In this document: positions 14,644 to 28,672 of the stretch, in pieces
Position numbering within the stretch: the first letter of the stretch is position 1
How the letters are laid out: each line of letters starts with the position of its first letter
Source: Chrysomallon squamiferum
Taxonomy: Eukaryota; Animalia; Mollusca
Direction: 5' to 3'
Assembly (NCBI GenBank): GCA_012295275.1
Contig: CM022670.1
Span: forward strand, 31,682,001 to 31,746,000
DNA length: 64,000 bases
The notes under the pieces: model-generated
What the model saw: only the letters and a program-made list of their open reading frames with translations
Told to the model about the DNA's origin: nothing
The model's database searches: none
Translations under genes and position numbers: made by a program

Positions 14644-15926
14644 ACATTCGCACTTTTTATTTTTAGGCCATGGATGTGAAATTGAGTAACAAAGTTTAAC
14701 AATCACATTCGCGCTTTTTATTTTTGCCGCCAATTTTTCAACTCCATGGCGGTGTTTAAGAAGGGCTCTCACTTGGTAATTAAGCAGAGAAAGGGCCAAC
14801 ACGAGAGCTCAGTCAGGCGGGGAAAGCAATGTTTCTGAATGACATTGTCTTTAAGGATGAGTATGATAAGCAGTTGTCCATTCTTATTTTGATAGGGTAT
14901 AATGAGCAATTAACCTGTGTCAGTAACATTTATTATACCTAAAATTTTAATTGTTTCATCTGTCCTCCGTGCAGATTCTTATTACGTCTTGGTTCCCCGC
15001 ATGATCTTAGTCGTATCATTACTCAAAATTACTTAAATATATCTTTTATCGATTGTGTAGTGTATTATTATCAATTCATCTGTATTCTGTAATTAAATAA
15101 TTAACTTGTACCTTAACTGGTGTTGTGTATATTTCTCTAGTGGATAGATAGACTTATTGATTAATGTAGATTGCTGTCAATTTAGTGTTTATATTGCTTA
15201 TTAGGTGGTCAATAAAATCCTTGTTACCCTAGGCTGAGCCTTAATGTAACATCCAAGATGTTTATATATATATATATGACTATTTGCCTATATGTATCTC
15301 TCTCCCTCCCTCAAAACGACTGTATTAAAAAAGGTGTAATTCGCAGATTACGACACTGAGTTGATGACGTCATATCATGTTCATCAAAATGGCACGCTAA
15401 CCTCGTATCAAAGTTTTCTACTTTACTCTAGTCGCCAAATATCAGCTTACAAAACAGTTCTTGTTGTGCTTTACTGCAAATCAGATACATTTCTGCTTGT
15501 CATATTCTTGGAAACGGTCTTCAAAAAGTTCACAAGTAATAATAATACCGACTACAAAATAGCGAAACCACAGTAGTAGTACTTTCAGCTTCAAAGGAAC
15601 TGAAATTAGATTATCTGAAGTGTATTTGCATTTACATTTCTTCTATTCCGCTGTCATTCAAAATCACCCTTTCATGTTATGTAAAAAAATAAGCAACTGC
15701 AGTTTAGGCCAATTATAATTTATGATTTATTATTCTTTTCAGACAGTGTTTTTTCTTCTTCTTCTAATTATGATTATTATTATTATCATCATCATTATCA
15801 TTATTAGTTCAAGTGATACTATATTGCAATGAATCTTTTCACTTATCACTAATGAATTAATATTTAACATTTTAAAAATGTTTAGATCATCACAAAAACA
15901 TTATTATTACGTTTTTAAAAATCACC

Positions 15927-15994
<68 letters not shown>

Positions 15995-16112
15995 ACCATT
16001 AAATATATACAAAAATTAGAAATGTAAAGATAGATTTTTGAAATATTTAATTTCTCTACCTTTATTTCTAACAAATACGTCGCTAACAATTCTATTTCAT
16101 ATAATTATCTCC

Positions 16113-16181
<69 letters not shown>

Positions 16182-16330
16182 TTTAAACTATATTAAGACT
16201 CGTTTGGTAAGTTATGAAAATTAACTGATTTTTTTCTTTCACTTTTTAAATGTTATTAGTGCATGTAAAGAACTGAACGTTCTACGTACAAGCAGTTACT
16301 GCGTACACGTCAAATAAACTCCGTGAGTTT
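14111..16330 (+). repeat. Dispersed direct repeat pair of ~150-170 bp (14111-14280 and ~16179-16330)
   Basis: Both copies contain aagactcgtttg(c/g)taagttat ... aaatgttattagtgcatgtaaa ... ttctacgtacaagcagttactgcgtacacgtcaaataaactccgtgagttt. Confidence 0.85.
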
Positions 16331-16474
16331 CATTAGCTGTGATTTTGTTTGGGATCACTGTTATACTGTTAAAAGTGCTGCACGTGTTCATATTAATACG
16401 AAAATTAAGAAAAACAAAAAGAAAACAATAACCGTACTGTGGTCTCCATTATTACAGTATTTATTGCTGAATAC

Positions 16475-16550
<76 letters not shown>

Positions 16551-16810
16551 AACACATACACATACACACATACACACACTCGCACGCACATACATACACA
16601 TACAAACATTTTTAAAAGAAAATTTTAAAAGATTCATCGCAAAAATGGCACTGTAAGGCTCACCAATTACAAATTATATTTGCAGTTTTATTAGCATAGG
16701 ATTAGGTTTATGCTTTGGATTGGGAAATAGAAAATGAATTATTATTTTTATCAGTTGGCTGGGAAATAATTATTGTTTTTGTTTTTTTATCTTTTTTTTT
16801 TTCCGAGACG

Positions 16811-19800
16811 ATGGCGAGGTCTTGTGTGAGACTAAGAAAGTGTCCCAAAGTCTTTATGTTGTTGGTGTTGTTTGTCAGTGTGCTGTACATAGTTGGTGGA
16901 CGTTTGTATGGTTACTCCAGGCTCAGTTTATCTAAACCCGAGAAGTAAGCTTTAATTTTTCTGCACAAGAACTCTAACAGTCTGAATAAAAAAAAAAAAA
17001 AAAAAAAAAAAAATGACTTAAAGGTCAGATCAAGTCTTAACTGGCACATTCTTGAAAAAGTATAACGTTAATAATGAGTATACAAATTACATTGATTATG
17101 AATAAATATTTATAACTTGAGTAATAATATTGAAAGTCATTAAAAACATATTACATATAATAATAATAATAATTTAAATTATTAATTTATTTTCGTTATT
17201 AAGGGCAGGAAAGTGGATAATAATCGAAATGAGAAATATGTCAAGTGAATCAGCTATTCTCGAGGTTCCTGGTTGGAGATTGCTGATTCTTGGAAAATAT
17301 AACATAAGGTAAGACGTCTCAGAAATTGCCTTAATTATATGTAACGGGGGGCGAGAATGAAGTGATCTTGTGAGACCGATATGCTGGTGTAATATAATTG
17401 ATATAACCCACTAGTTACTCGCTACATAAAACCACTGTCTAAGTAATTAACATATAAGATGGGGTTTCAAATTAAAGGGCTTTATAAATAGGTAATCCCT
17501 GATACAGAAATTTTAACATATACAACACTGTAACTTTGACGTCTCCAAGGAGGAAAAACTGACCAGGTTCATAAACAAATCATATTATAACTTCTACAGC
17601 TGCAAAACTAAAAAATCAAACCAATACAAAAAAATAAAATAAAAAATAAATAAATAAATAAAAAATACAAAAAACATTAAGTTAAAAAGAAAAATAATTA
17701 TAAACAAATATAATATTAATATAAAGTTTATTAGAATCAAGCCTGGGAAGCTAATTACAACTATTAAAGTTCATTCACTCCCATACGTTAAAAGTAATTT
17801 TTAACAAAAGCAGTTAACTTCAGCAAGGGTCTATTGTCTTCTAGCTAACACCAGATTAATGAGTGTGATTTCTTGTTTCTGGCACTTGGACACCTGGCAT
17901 ACTATTACCAGTACATGTAAATTAACAATGCACATATGCAATATTGTAAGTAGTAATGTCAGTAACACTTCACCCACACTATCATTGTCGCCTCATGAAC
18001 AGAAAAAATATATATCAGCCACGTTTACTGAGAAAATATTCTGTGTATCATGTTTATTCTTAAATATATTTCCATGTTAAAACTAACACAAACTCCATTA
18101 GATTATTATAAATTGTAATCACTGTTTCTTAAAGTTATGCCAAGTCATTTGATAAACTGCACTAGCATATTCAAAATAAATGAAAGTACACAAGTAAAAT
18201 ATAATTATTTTCTCATCTTTAATATATAATTTCTTAATTATCCTTTTTTAATAGACATTAAAATGAAAGCAATAAACCAAAATTAATTACTGAGCTTAGC
18301 TGGTCTGTAGCACATATGTGAAACCACTTTTAATCAAATATAAAAATTCCTATCTTCACTAACAATTGTTTAAGGTCCTGCAATCTCCAACGCCAGAGAA
18401 AGTCCCCCCTTAAATTCCAGGCAGCGGTTGCTATATATCGTCACGTCACATGACCATACAGTACCCAGTGCTAACGAAAGCTCCCAACAGGAGGCAGTCA
18501 TCTTAATCTATCTTGCTAGCACTTACTCCCCACTAATTACTTTAAAACATTATGTAGTCAGACCTTTATAGAATAGGAAACAATGGCTATTATTTTTCTA
18601 TTCTACACATATATACATACACAAACGCACGCACAGATACGCAAATACACAGAAATAGAGATGTGTGTTTGTGTTTGTGTGTATGTACACACATGTATTC
18701 GAAATACATGGCAAAGGCTCTATTATTATAATAAAAACAGAGATATAATAAGGTTTTTATTTCTTTAATTCACTGCTGTTCAGACATCTGCTGAAATGAT
18801 CAATAACGGTTAAATAAATTTGTACTGCAAAATTCAATTTTCTCATTTTATAACAACATGTCGTTTATAAGATCTGAAATAATTTTTTAAAACTAATTTA
18901 AGCTACAATTACCTTGAATGCTGTTATTATTTTCTAAAACGATCTGCATTTCACCTTCGTCTTTTCAGTTGCAACAACTGCTTACACTACACGAAACAAC
19001 CATCAGGGAAAATGTTACAGTTATTCCCAGACTTGCAAAAAAGAGATCTCATTAGAATGGAAAGCATTAAGCATATGTTAGATTCGGGAGCAGAATGGAT
19101 CTATTGCAGTAACGGTATACATGATTTATTAAAAGAAGCAGACAGGTTCAAACTTGACCCTCAGCAGACTGGAATTATTTACAGAAGTGATGGAGTAATG
19201 GATCCATACAATCACTTCACACGGCACAAAGAACAAGCTCATTATCAGCTGACCAACTGGCTGCCAATCCCTGCCGTACAAAAAATATGGCGACCAGAAA
19301 TGTTGGAGAAATCTCTGAAAACTGTCACCGAGGTCGATTACCATGCCCCTCCTGTACTTGTTCCCAGCTTTACATTCCACATGGAGATTTTAGATAATTC
19401 ACTTTTCCACCGTAATTTGTCATGGTCTCTGGCACCTCTTCTGACCGCTCCAAAAGACAGCTTGTCTGTTTGGTCGTTTTGGATACAACGCCTCATGTGG
19501 GAATTCGGCGGCAATACTGCAGTTTTGACGCCTTTGCAGAAAAGTCAATACGTGAGTTCAGAGAACATCGTAGACAGAAGATTTGCTCAGCTTATTAAGA
19601 AATTAACAGCTTGGAAATGCAGTAAAAACAAAACATTTGAAATTTGTGTTAACGATTTAGCTGACAGTATGGAGCATTGGGGTTATTTCACTAGAAAAGA
19701 AATATCAACTATAAAGAACTGGTTGTCTGTGTTACAAATTAATCTTCCAAGTAGAATCTACGATATCAAAAAAGCTGTTAAAATAAAAGCGAAAAAACCC

Positions 19801-20829
19801 AATCGTGTTATATTCAATCCCAGCGGGAAAGTTCCGACACACAGTTTAAAAATGTCAAACCCTTTTAGGCCAGTTTGCAATTCTACGAAATCGGAAGTTT
19901 TAACGACGTCTTCGCCAGCACCAATTGAAGACATTCTTCTGATTATCATATTTAATAAATCTAATTACCTGGAGAACTTTGAATTCCTTCTGTACATGTA
20001 TGGTAGGCACTTTTCCCACATTCTCATATGTGCCGATTATATGGATGATTTCATTCAGTACAAAAGTATCACAAATATGGTATCGTTTCTTGAGATGAAT
20101 GTTAGAAATAGTGACTTTGGTTACGAATGCACGATAAAGGCAATGCAAATGGGATATGAAGTATCGGGGTATCTTCAAATGAATGATGACGTTTTACTCA
20201 ATGTGTGGAATGTTGCACATCTGCCTAGGGATCAAATATGGTTTCAGAACAAGCTTCGAGAAGCCGATGTGTTGAAATCTGTTGTGTCTTCATTCACCCA
20301 AAAACACGAATACTGGACGGGGTGGTTAATACCTTCGGGTAGACAAAGTATTTACAAACTTTGGCAAACATTTACCAACATTTCAGATGATCCGAATGCA
20401 GATATCAGGATTCTGATGTTCAAAGATACGTTAAATTTCAACACCGGTAGCAGCACTGTTATCTATTATGAAGCTTCTGATATTTACTATATACCTCGGA
20501 GGCTGAAAGACATATATGTATTTATTTCAACCATATTTCTACAGTACCGCGTCAGTCGTGAAATCGCAGTCCCGACCATTATTAATGGTTTAGTGCCACA
20601 AGAGGAAATTATACCCATGTCCGGAAGTTATCTCAGGAACAAGGAGAAAAAAATATTTTATCAAAAATTCAATTCCAGTCATATATTTCTTCATCCTTTT
20701 CAACTATCTGAAACTTTCAGTACTCATAATGGATTGAAACTCATATGTGAAACCGTTTTACCCAAAATAGACCAGCATCTAAGGCAATTTTATTTCGGAA
20801 ATGGATCAACGCAAATTATTCTCGAATAG
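16811..20829 (+). CDS. STELLO/DUF288-like putative glycosyltransferase, type II membrane protein, 3 coding exons, ~699 aa
   Basis: Exons 16811-16944 (N-terminal TM anchor VFMLLVLFVSVLYIVGG), 17204-17308 (KWIIIE...PGWRLLILG) and 18969-20829 join in frame (2100 nt). DPYNHF, WSFWIQRLMWEFGG, LTAWKC, NWLSVL, ILLIIIFN, GYLQMNDDVLLNVWN, SDIYYIP and EIAVPTI resemble STELLO/DUF288 motifs. Confidence 0.8.
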
Positions 20830-20914
20830 AAATATACAACAAACGAACAAATTAAAAAATAAATAAAATACAGGTTATGAAATGTTATGTAATGATATAT
20901 AAGATATATGAAAT

Positions 20915-21113
20915 GCTGTGCTGTTCAATGCTATGCTATGCTATACTATGCTATGCAGTGCTGAGTTGTGCTGTGCTCTATTATGAGGTTCTGTACTGTG
21001 CTATGCTATGCTATGCTATGCTATGCTATGCTATGCTATGCAGTGCTGTGTTGTGCTGTGTTGTGCTGTGCTCTGCTATGAGGTTATGTACTGTACTGTG
21101 CTGTGCTACTGTA
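20915..21113. repeat. Pentanucleotide microsatellite (GCTAT/GCTGT)n just downstream of the STELLO-like stop codon
   Basis: Direct reading: gctatgctatgctat... and gctgtgctgt... Confidence 0.85.
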
Positions 21114-22242
21114 TGATAAAATAACAATGCAATAATATGGAATTTCTTTCAGCTCATAGCATTTTTCAGATTCTTAGTTATAACGGTTACACCTTACAAA
21201 ACATAAACTGTGAAACTATGTACACAACCTTTATAGGTAATTTTTATTATTTATTTTTCATTATAAATGTACAGACGATGTGAAATAAAAACAGATTTTT
21301 GTTATAATATTTATTGACTTGTATAGAATCGACAGTGAACACATTTTATGAACTAATTCGGTTTTTACAGTCAAATGAACATTTAGACTCTTCTTACATC
21401 CAGTGAATCAGCGACGTTTCTATCATGGACGTACTGTCACGACTCTTAAAACCCATGCCATACATACATCAGCACGCAGGCACCAACGAAGGCACACAAA
21501 TACCTAGAAAATAAGAGAAAAAGAAGAAGAGAAGAGAAACAAAATCAATGATGATTTTGAAACACAATAAAAAGAAATGATTCGTTTCTTTGTTAAATCA
21601 TCAGCACCAAGAAGAAACTCTCCAAAACAACGCTTTCTCCACTCTTCAAAATAGGCAATTTGATATTGATCACTAATCTGGAATAATTATCTATTGTTTA
21701 AAACGTAATGCTGTTTGTACTTTTATTCGTTATTTGTTATCACAATTAAAACCGGCCCTACAAAAGGAAGGCAGATATTTATTATAGATTTACAGGCGCA
21801 TGTAAAACAATATAAGGGAAGCAACTCCTGACACAATTTTGTTAGAAGGGTTATTTAACTCACGTGAAACGAAGTGTTTCAAGTAAAAGTATAGGCTTAA
21901 CTGAAATTTAAACGAAATATTTATGTTTTATTAAATTGTTCTTCTTAATAATAGTTAAAGATACTAATAATTTCTGTTTTAAGGTCAGTCTCATTTTCAA
22001 CTCTCGGAAGTCGACGATCAATAAAAGCAATTCATCAAAGAAAAGATCTAAGAATCTACAAAATAGGAGATGAAAACAGTATTCCACAACTTACTAGCTA
22101 TATCTTCAAGTCATGAAATATTTAAACATTATTTAAAATTATATTTGAGTTGCTATGTATATATGACAAAAATATCAAACAGGGTCGCTCAAAGAGATGC
22201 TTACACGCAGCGTAAATAAACATAAACGTGATAGAAGTATAT

Positions 22243-22720
<478 letters not shown>

Positions 22721-23029
22721 TAAACTTATTCTGTTATTCTACTTGATTTTAAAATAAAGATCATGTTTTGGGGTTGTTGTTTTTTGTTTAATATCAGTAC
22801 TTTTGTTTTATCAGTAACTGAAAAATCCTACTTAACATTTTCCGATTTCCTCAATAACATATTTCTGTTGCAATAGTAGTTTAGTAACTGAACCATGTGT
22901 AATACTCTTGTAGATAAAATAAATATCAGTAGGAGTGATTATCAACAACTTTATCAACATCACATAACACAAGATAGGACGGTCTCTTTTTAAACTTCTT
23001 TATTCATTATAGATAATGTAAGTACATTT

Positions 23030-23063
<34 letters not shown>

Positions 23064-23417
23064 ATAATAACACTTCAGCTCATAAAAACCGTAACTGTCG
23101 CATTTAAATAAAAAAATTATAATTGCAAATATAAAAATTATATATATATATTTGCAATTATAAATTTTTTATATATATATAAAAACAGAATTTAAGAAAC
23201 GGTATTTTAAGCATTTAATCAAAACTGGTTGAAAGTAATGCTGTAATGTTAATGGCCAGTGTAGGAATAACATCTACTGAGACAGAACTTATTGACTTAA
23301 GGACAAAATTCCTATCCCGACAGTAATTTAAGAATTTTCATTCGTGTGAATACGATTCTTTCTCTTTTAAATTACGAAGCTAAGGAATACTATAGGTATT
23401 TACATCCGGCACACAAC

Positions 23418-24477
23418 ATGACAGTGGACAACGTTAGCACAGTGATTAAGACAGTCCTAGAAAACAACTGTAGACCAACGTGGCCAACATGGACATGTAT
23501 TGTCTGCAATGTGTGTGGCTTAACTAGTACTGCCATGTGGTTCTTAGTACTTCTACCACAGGTATCTTTATTATACGTTGTAGCAGAAGTAATATCAATG
23601 GTGATGGTGGTGGTAACAGTACTTCTACCACAGTTTTCTTCTTTTTTTGGTGGGGTTTCTCTAATTGTAAATGAGATATATGTAAAAGCTTTTAGTTGAA
23701 AGCATTTTAGTAGATCAGCTTATAAATAAATAAAATAAAACTACAAATATATGACTAATGGTTTAGTAAACAACAGCAATATTAATAATTAGTAATACAA
23801 TATATAAAAATATCAGTCATTTGGCATTAAAGACATATTTTGATGTATTTTTTTTTTTTGTAGGTATGGAAGAACTTCCGGCGGAAGTCTGTAGCAGGGC
23901 TCAGTCCGTTGTGGGCAACTGCAAACTTCACCGCTTCTCTTACCAATTTCTTTTTCGTGTTTTTGTACGCTGTTGTTCCTTTGTATGGAAAAATTAACTC
24001 TGTATACATGCCTATTTTGGAATTCACAATCCTTGTTCAGTTTTTGATATATGGAGATTTTAAACGTGAAGTAAAGGTACACATATATAAATGCATATTA
24101 ATTTTATAAAAATAAATTCTTCCTCGCTGAAAACTTTATGAAACACTCAGAAAGTTGATATCTGTTACAGATAAATTGTTCGCCAAACTTTTCTTGATTT
24201 GGTTGTTTGATTTTAGAATTAAAATATCGTTTGAGATATATCTGTCTATGTGAATGTCTTTTTCTTTCTTTCTCTCTATCTGTCTTCTTATTATAACTAC
24301 GTACAATATTAGTATTAATATTATGTGTAAATGTGAGAATGTATGTATGTTTTTGAGTGTGTGTATCTGTATGTGTGAGTCTCCGTGTGTTTATGTTTGT
24401 GTGTACGTATTTGTTTATATGTGTGTCAAAATGATTCATTGACCAATGAATGACTAAATATAAATTTTAATTTGAAC

Positions 24478-24520
<43 letters not shown>

Positions 24521-24699
24521 TAATAAAAAATCATCGTGTATGTATGAGCTTTGTCTCACTGACATATTAAGATAACGTGGTTCGCATAAGGTCTAGACTT
24601 TGCCTCACATGATAAATATTTTTAAAATCGTTAGATTATGTATCCCTCTTTTACCAATTACATAAAAACAGAAGAGTTGGAGAATTTTACTAAATAGAC

Positions 24700-24766
<67 letters not shown>

Positions 24767-26064
24767 TTAATTTAAAAAAAAAAAGAGAGAGAGAGAAATT
24801 CTTAACACTGACAATGGTGACATGAAATTTCAGTAAAAGATAAAATATATCATCTGTTATAGAAAGAAAAGATCTGGTAGACGATTTCTGCAGATTCCAG
24901 TTGCATAGAAGGTGAAAGTGCTTATCTACAACGCAGAGAAATAAATAACAACAACAAATCTGTTGTTTCACATAAAGTTAGCTTTATGCAAGGCTCTTTT
25001 CTCTTTGCTAAAATGATCAGAATTTTTTGTAAGAGGTCGCGTGCTTCTAAACGTATATGAATTACCATACAATTCTAGCTTTAGAGCATGTTCAAATATC
25101 AATATAATATTACCGGCATTACTGCACTTATTTACTTCTTCTTCGTTTTTCTTTCTTTCTAGATTGGTTATTTGTTATTTTGTTTATCCCTATGGGCTAC
25201 GATTGTAATTCTGCAGTTGGTGTTAAGAAAGTTTGAGTATATGCAGTGGTTAGCCATAGCACTCTGGAGCATTGAGACCTTCCCACAGGTGAAGCATGTA
25301 TTCAAAAATATGAATTCATTTATATAAATTCACTTTTAAATTTTAAATTCTCTTCCATGGGAACTCAACACAACGAAAATTTCTCATGAATTATTAAAAT
25401 ATTTTCGTTCAGATCGATGGAAACAATACATGAATAGAGATTAATATTAATAATGATAATCTTGATGACGATGATGATTGTGGTGATGATGATGTTGATG
25501 ATAAATAATATACAATATTCATCATTTACATAAAATATAAAGACATCTTTGTGTTAAATGTTTATTTAATTATTCCAGGTACTGCTTAATCTGAAGCTGA
25601 AGTCGGCTAGGGGACTGTCGAAGAAATCGGTAATAATAGCGACAATTGGTAAAACAACGGACTTTGTGTCAAACTACGGGTTAATCGTGCCCATTCAGTA
25701 CGTCGTCATGATCTACTTCTCCAGCAGCGTCGCCTACACCAACTCCATTCTCGTAGTCTGGTATTACCACGGGAACAGCTTCCTGGCTCGTTCTGTCAAA
25801 ATAATCTTAATCAGTATTTTGAGCATTTTTCTGGTAGGCTTTGCCACTGGACTGGTTCTGAATACAGACTGTTATCTAGCCGTGCTTGGGCCTCTGGGTG
25901 TCACCACAGTGGTCTGCGGAGGGTATATTTATTTTAATTTCTGCAAAAAGAAAGACTCTGTCCAAGAAGCCGAACAACCTAGCGGACAGCTCGTTTCCGA
26001 CGAAAAAGAACAAAAGGTGTTTTCCATTACCGAGGATGGTTATGATATTATTACAAAATTATAA
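23418..26064 (+). CDS. PQ-loop (SLC66-like) membrane transporter, paralog A, 4 coding exons, ~322 aa
   Basis: Exons 23418-23561, 23864-24076, 25163-25288, 25579-26064, all phase 0 and GT-AG. Two PQ-loop motifs: WFLVLLPQ|VWKNFRRKSVAGLS and WSIETFPQ|VLLNLKLKSARGLS. Confidence 0.88.
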
Positions 26065-26236
26065 ATTTCTCATCTACAGGACATTTATTTAGAGGCTGAA
26101 TATTATTGTTCATGATGATGTAATAATAAAAACTTTTTTTTTAACTTATTTTATTTCATATTATTAATGGCTAACACCTGTGTTTTTATATTGAAAAAAA
26201 AAAAAGAAAGAAAGAAATGGATTTATAGCTTATTAA

Positions 26237-26294
<58 letters not shown>

Positions 26295-26922
26295 TTATTT
26301 TAAATTTTTTATTGGGTTTTATTTATTTATTTATTTAGTGTTTTCTTTTATTTTCTTTTATTTTTTTTTTGTAAATTTGTTTATTTGTTTGTTTGCTTCT
26401 TTTTCAAAAAAAGCCTAGTGCTGGCATATTTTAACTTTAGGACAGCCTAAGTGTTAACAGTTTTGCCTTGCGCAGTCTACAGAATGCCGCTCATTTTACC
26501 TATCGATAGATCGCGCATCACAATCTTAAAATAGCGCAAAAACATTTTACGCCGCTAAATCAGGTTTTAAGGATTTTATTTAGTTTTACTTACATTCTTT
26601 ATTGTTTCTTTTTCTTCTTCTTCTTTTACTTGTTGTTGTCATATTATTTTATTCGATGGTCACTCGTAAGTATATCCTGTATGTACTGAAAGATCAGTAA
26701 ATATTAGAGTTATTGATTAAAAAGTGATCTGTTACCACGTTAATACCGATTATTTCATTCTGTCACTGGGTTATTAACTCACCTATTTTTTCTAGAAGTT
26801 TGGCTGCTGATAAAACATTTTTAGAAAAATATTCATTAAAATAAACAACAACATCTGCATGGAATATGTGAATAAAAATAACAACAACAACAACGGCAGC
26901 AATAATAATAATAATAATAATC

Positions 26923-26954
<32 letters not shown>

Positions 26955-27909
26955 GATTATGGCATTAATACTATATATGATGATAGAAATGTAAAATTAT
27001 AATTATGTATTTATGTTTCCTCTTTTTTATTTTCGTTTATTTTAATTTAATTTAATTTTATTTTTTGTTTTTTTTTTAAATAAAAAAAAAAAAAAAAAAA
27101 AAAAAAAAATAGGTCACAGCTCGGTACCCGAACACAAAAATGTTACTCAACAAAATATTTCGACTGATGTATATCAAATTACCCCCCAAAAAAAAAGACC
27201 CGAAAACCAGTCTAGTATTCTTTTGTATTCTCGCCTTTTTAAACCAGCACACAGCACAATAAATCCTTAATATTTATCACAAACGCAAACCCTGGAAAGC
27301 TGTGGATAAGAAAATTGTTATATGATAGAGGTAAGTGTAATATCGCTGATGAATATATATTAACATAGATTTCATTGTGTACACGTTGAAATATATAATA
27401 GTAAGGTTTGCACTTTATTGTGACTTAAACGTTCAGGTAGTTCATTTCATTATTTTAAACATATATATCGCATAATCAGTCTTCTTGGACAATGGAAAAA
27501 ATTCAAGCAAATGAAAATAATTATTCTTTAAAATAGTATTTAAAATGAAATAACACGCAAGAAATAAAAATTAATGAAACAGTAAGATCCACATTTGAAA
27601 GAGAAAGTAAAAGTTACAAAGGAAAAGAAAACGGTTATTTTTTCCTAGAGTTGCTACGTCTGCGAAGCCGAGATGAAAAGTAACCAAAACAAATCAATAT
27701 GCTTATTATCCTGAGAAAAATGGTGTATTGATATGTTACTGAAAGATTGAGCTAAGCAATTATTCAAGAGATATAAATAATAATTAATGATATATGATGT
27801 ATTTATGTTGCATAAACGAAAAGTTACCGTATTTCCTGCACAGAAATTTAGAGCGATTGGGATGCCATTCGGTGGCGTATGTAACTTTTAAGAACAAATA
27901 TTTTAATAT

Positions 27910-27961
<52 letters not shown>

Positions 27962-28672
27962 GTGAATTTAACGGAGTGCACCTGTCCTCAACTATAGATT
28001 AGTATATGCAGCCTTTATTTCAATTCCATACGTTATTTTATAATTTTTATTTTATTTTATTTTATTTCATTAATTTATTATTATTATTTTTTTTTATCTT
28101 AAGCAAACAGAAATATTAATTTCAGCAATGTGTTACCACTGGGAACACTGATCATAAAATAATTTATTTTATTTTATTTTATCATATTATTTGTAAAAAA
28201 TAAATATATTAATTAGTAAATTATAACAATGACAACAGCAGCAACAACATTTACAACAATAATAACATTAACAGTAATAATAGTACTGATAAGAATAATA
28301 AAATAACAGTAATGATAATAATAACAATAATAATAATAATAATAATAACAATAATAATAATAATAATGATAATGATAATAGCAACAACCATGACAGTATA
28401 AATAAATAAATAAATACAAGGAATTTAAGGAAAGAACAGTGATTTATAATTAAATAAATATACGGTGACATTTTTAACGTGTTATTTCGAATATACATGT
28501 ATAAAGCAATTTGTTTTTTGTAATTTGATTTATTTGTTTGTTTGTTTCTTTGTTTGTTTATTCTGTAATTTAAATTTAATTTGTTTTATATTATTTTAAA
28601 TAATTTTATGTATGTATGTTTGTTTGTATTTTAACAGAAGAAGATATTTTAAACGAATAGACAAATTTAATT

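Noticed and set aside
19012-20829. 605-aa ORF as a stand-alone intronless or horizontally acquired gene
   Set aside because: It splices in frame to two upstream exons that supply the TM anchor, so it is the last exon of a normal eukaryotic gene.
23618-23634. Second copy of agtacttctaccacag in intron 1 of paralog A as an alternative donor
   Set aside because: The copy is followed by tttt rather than GT at the equivalent position; more likely a small local duplication.
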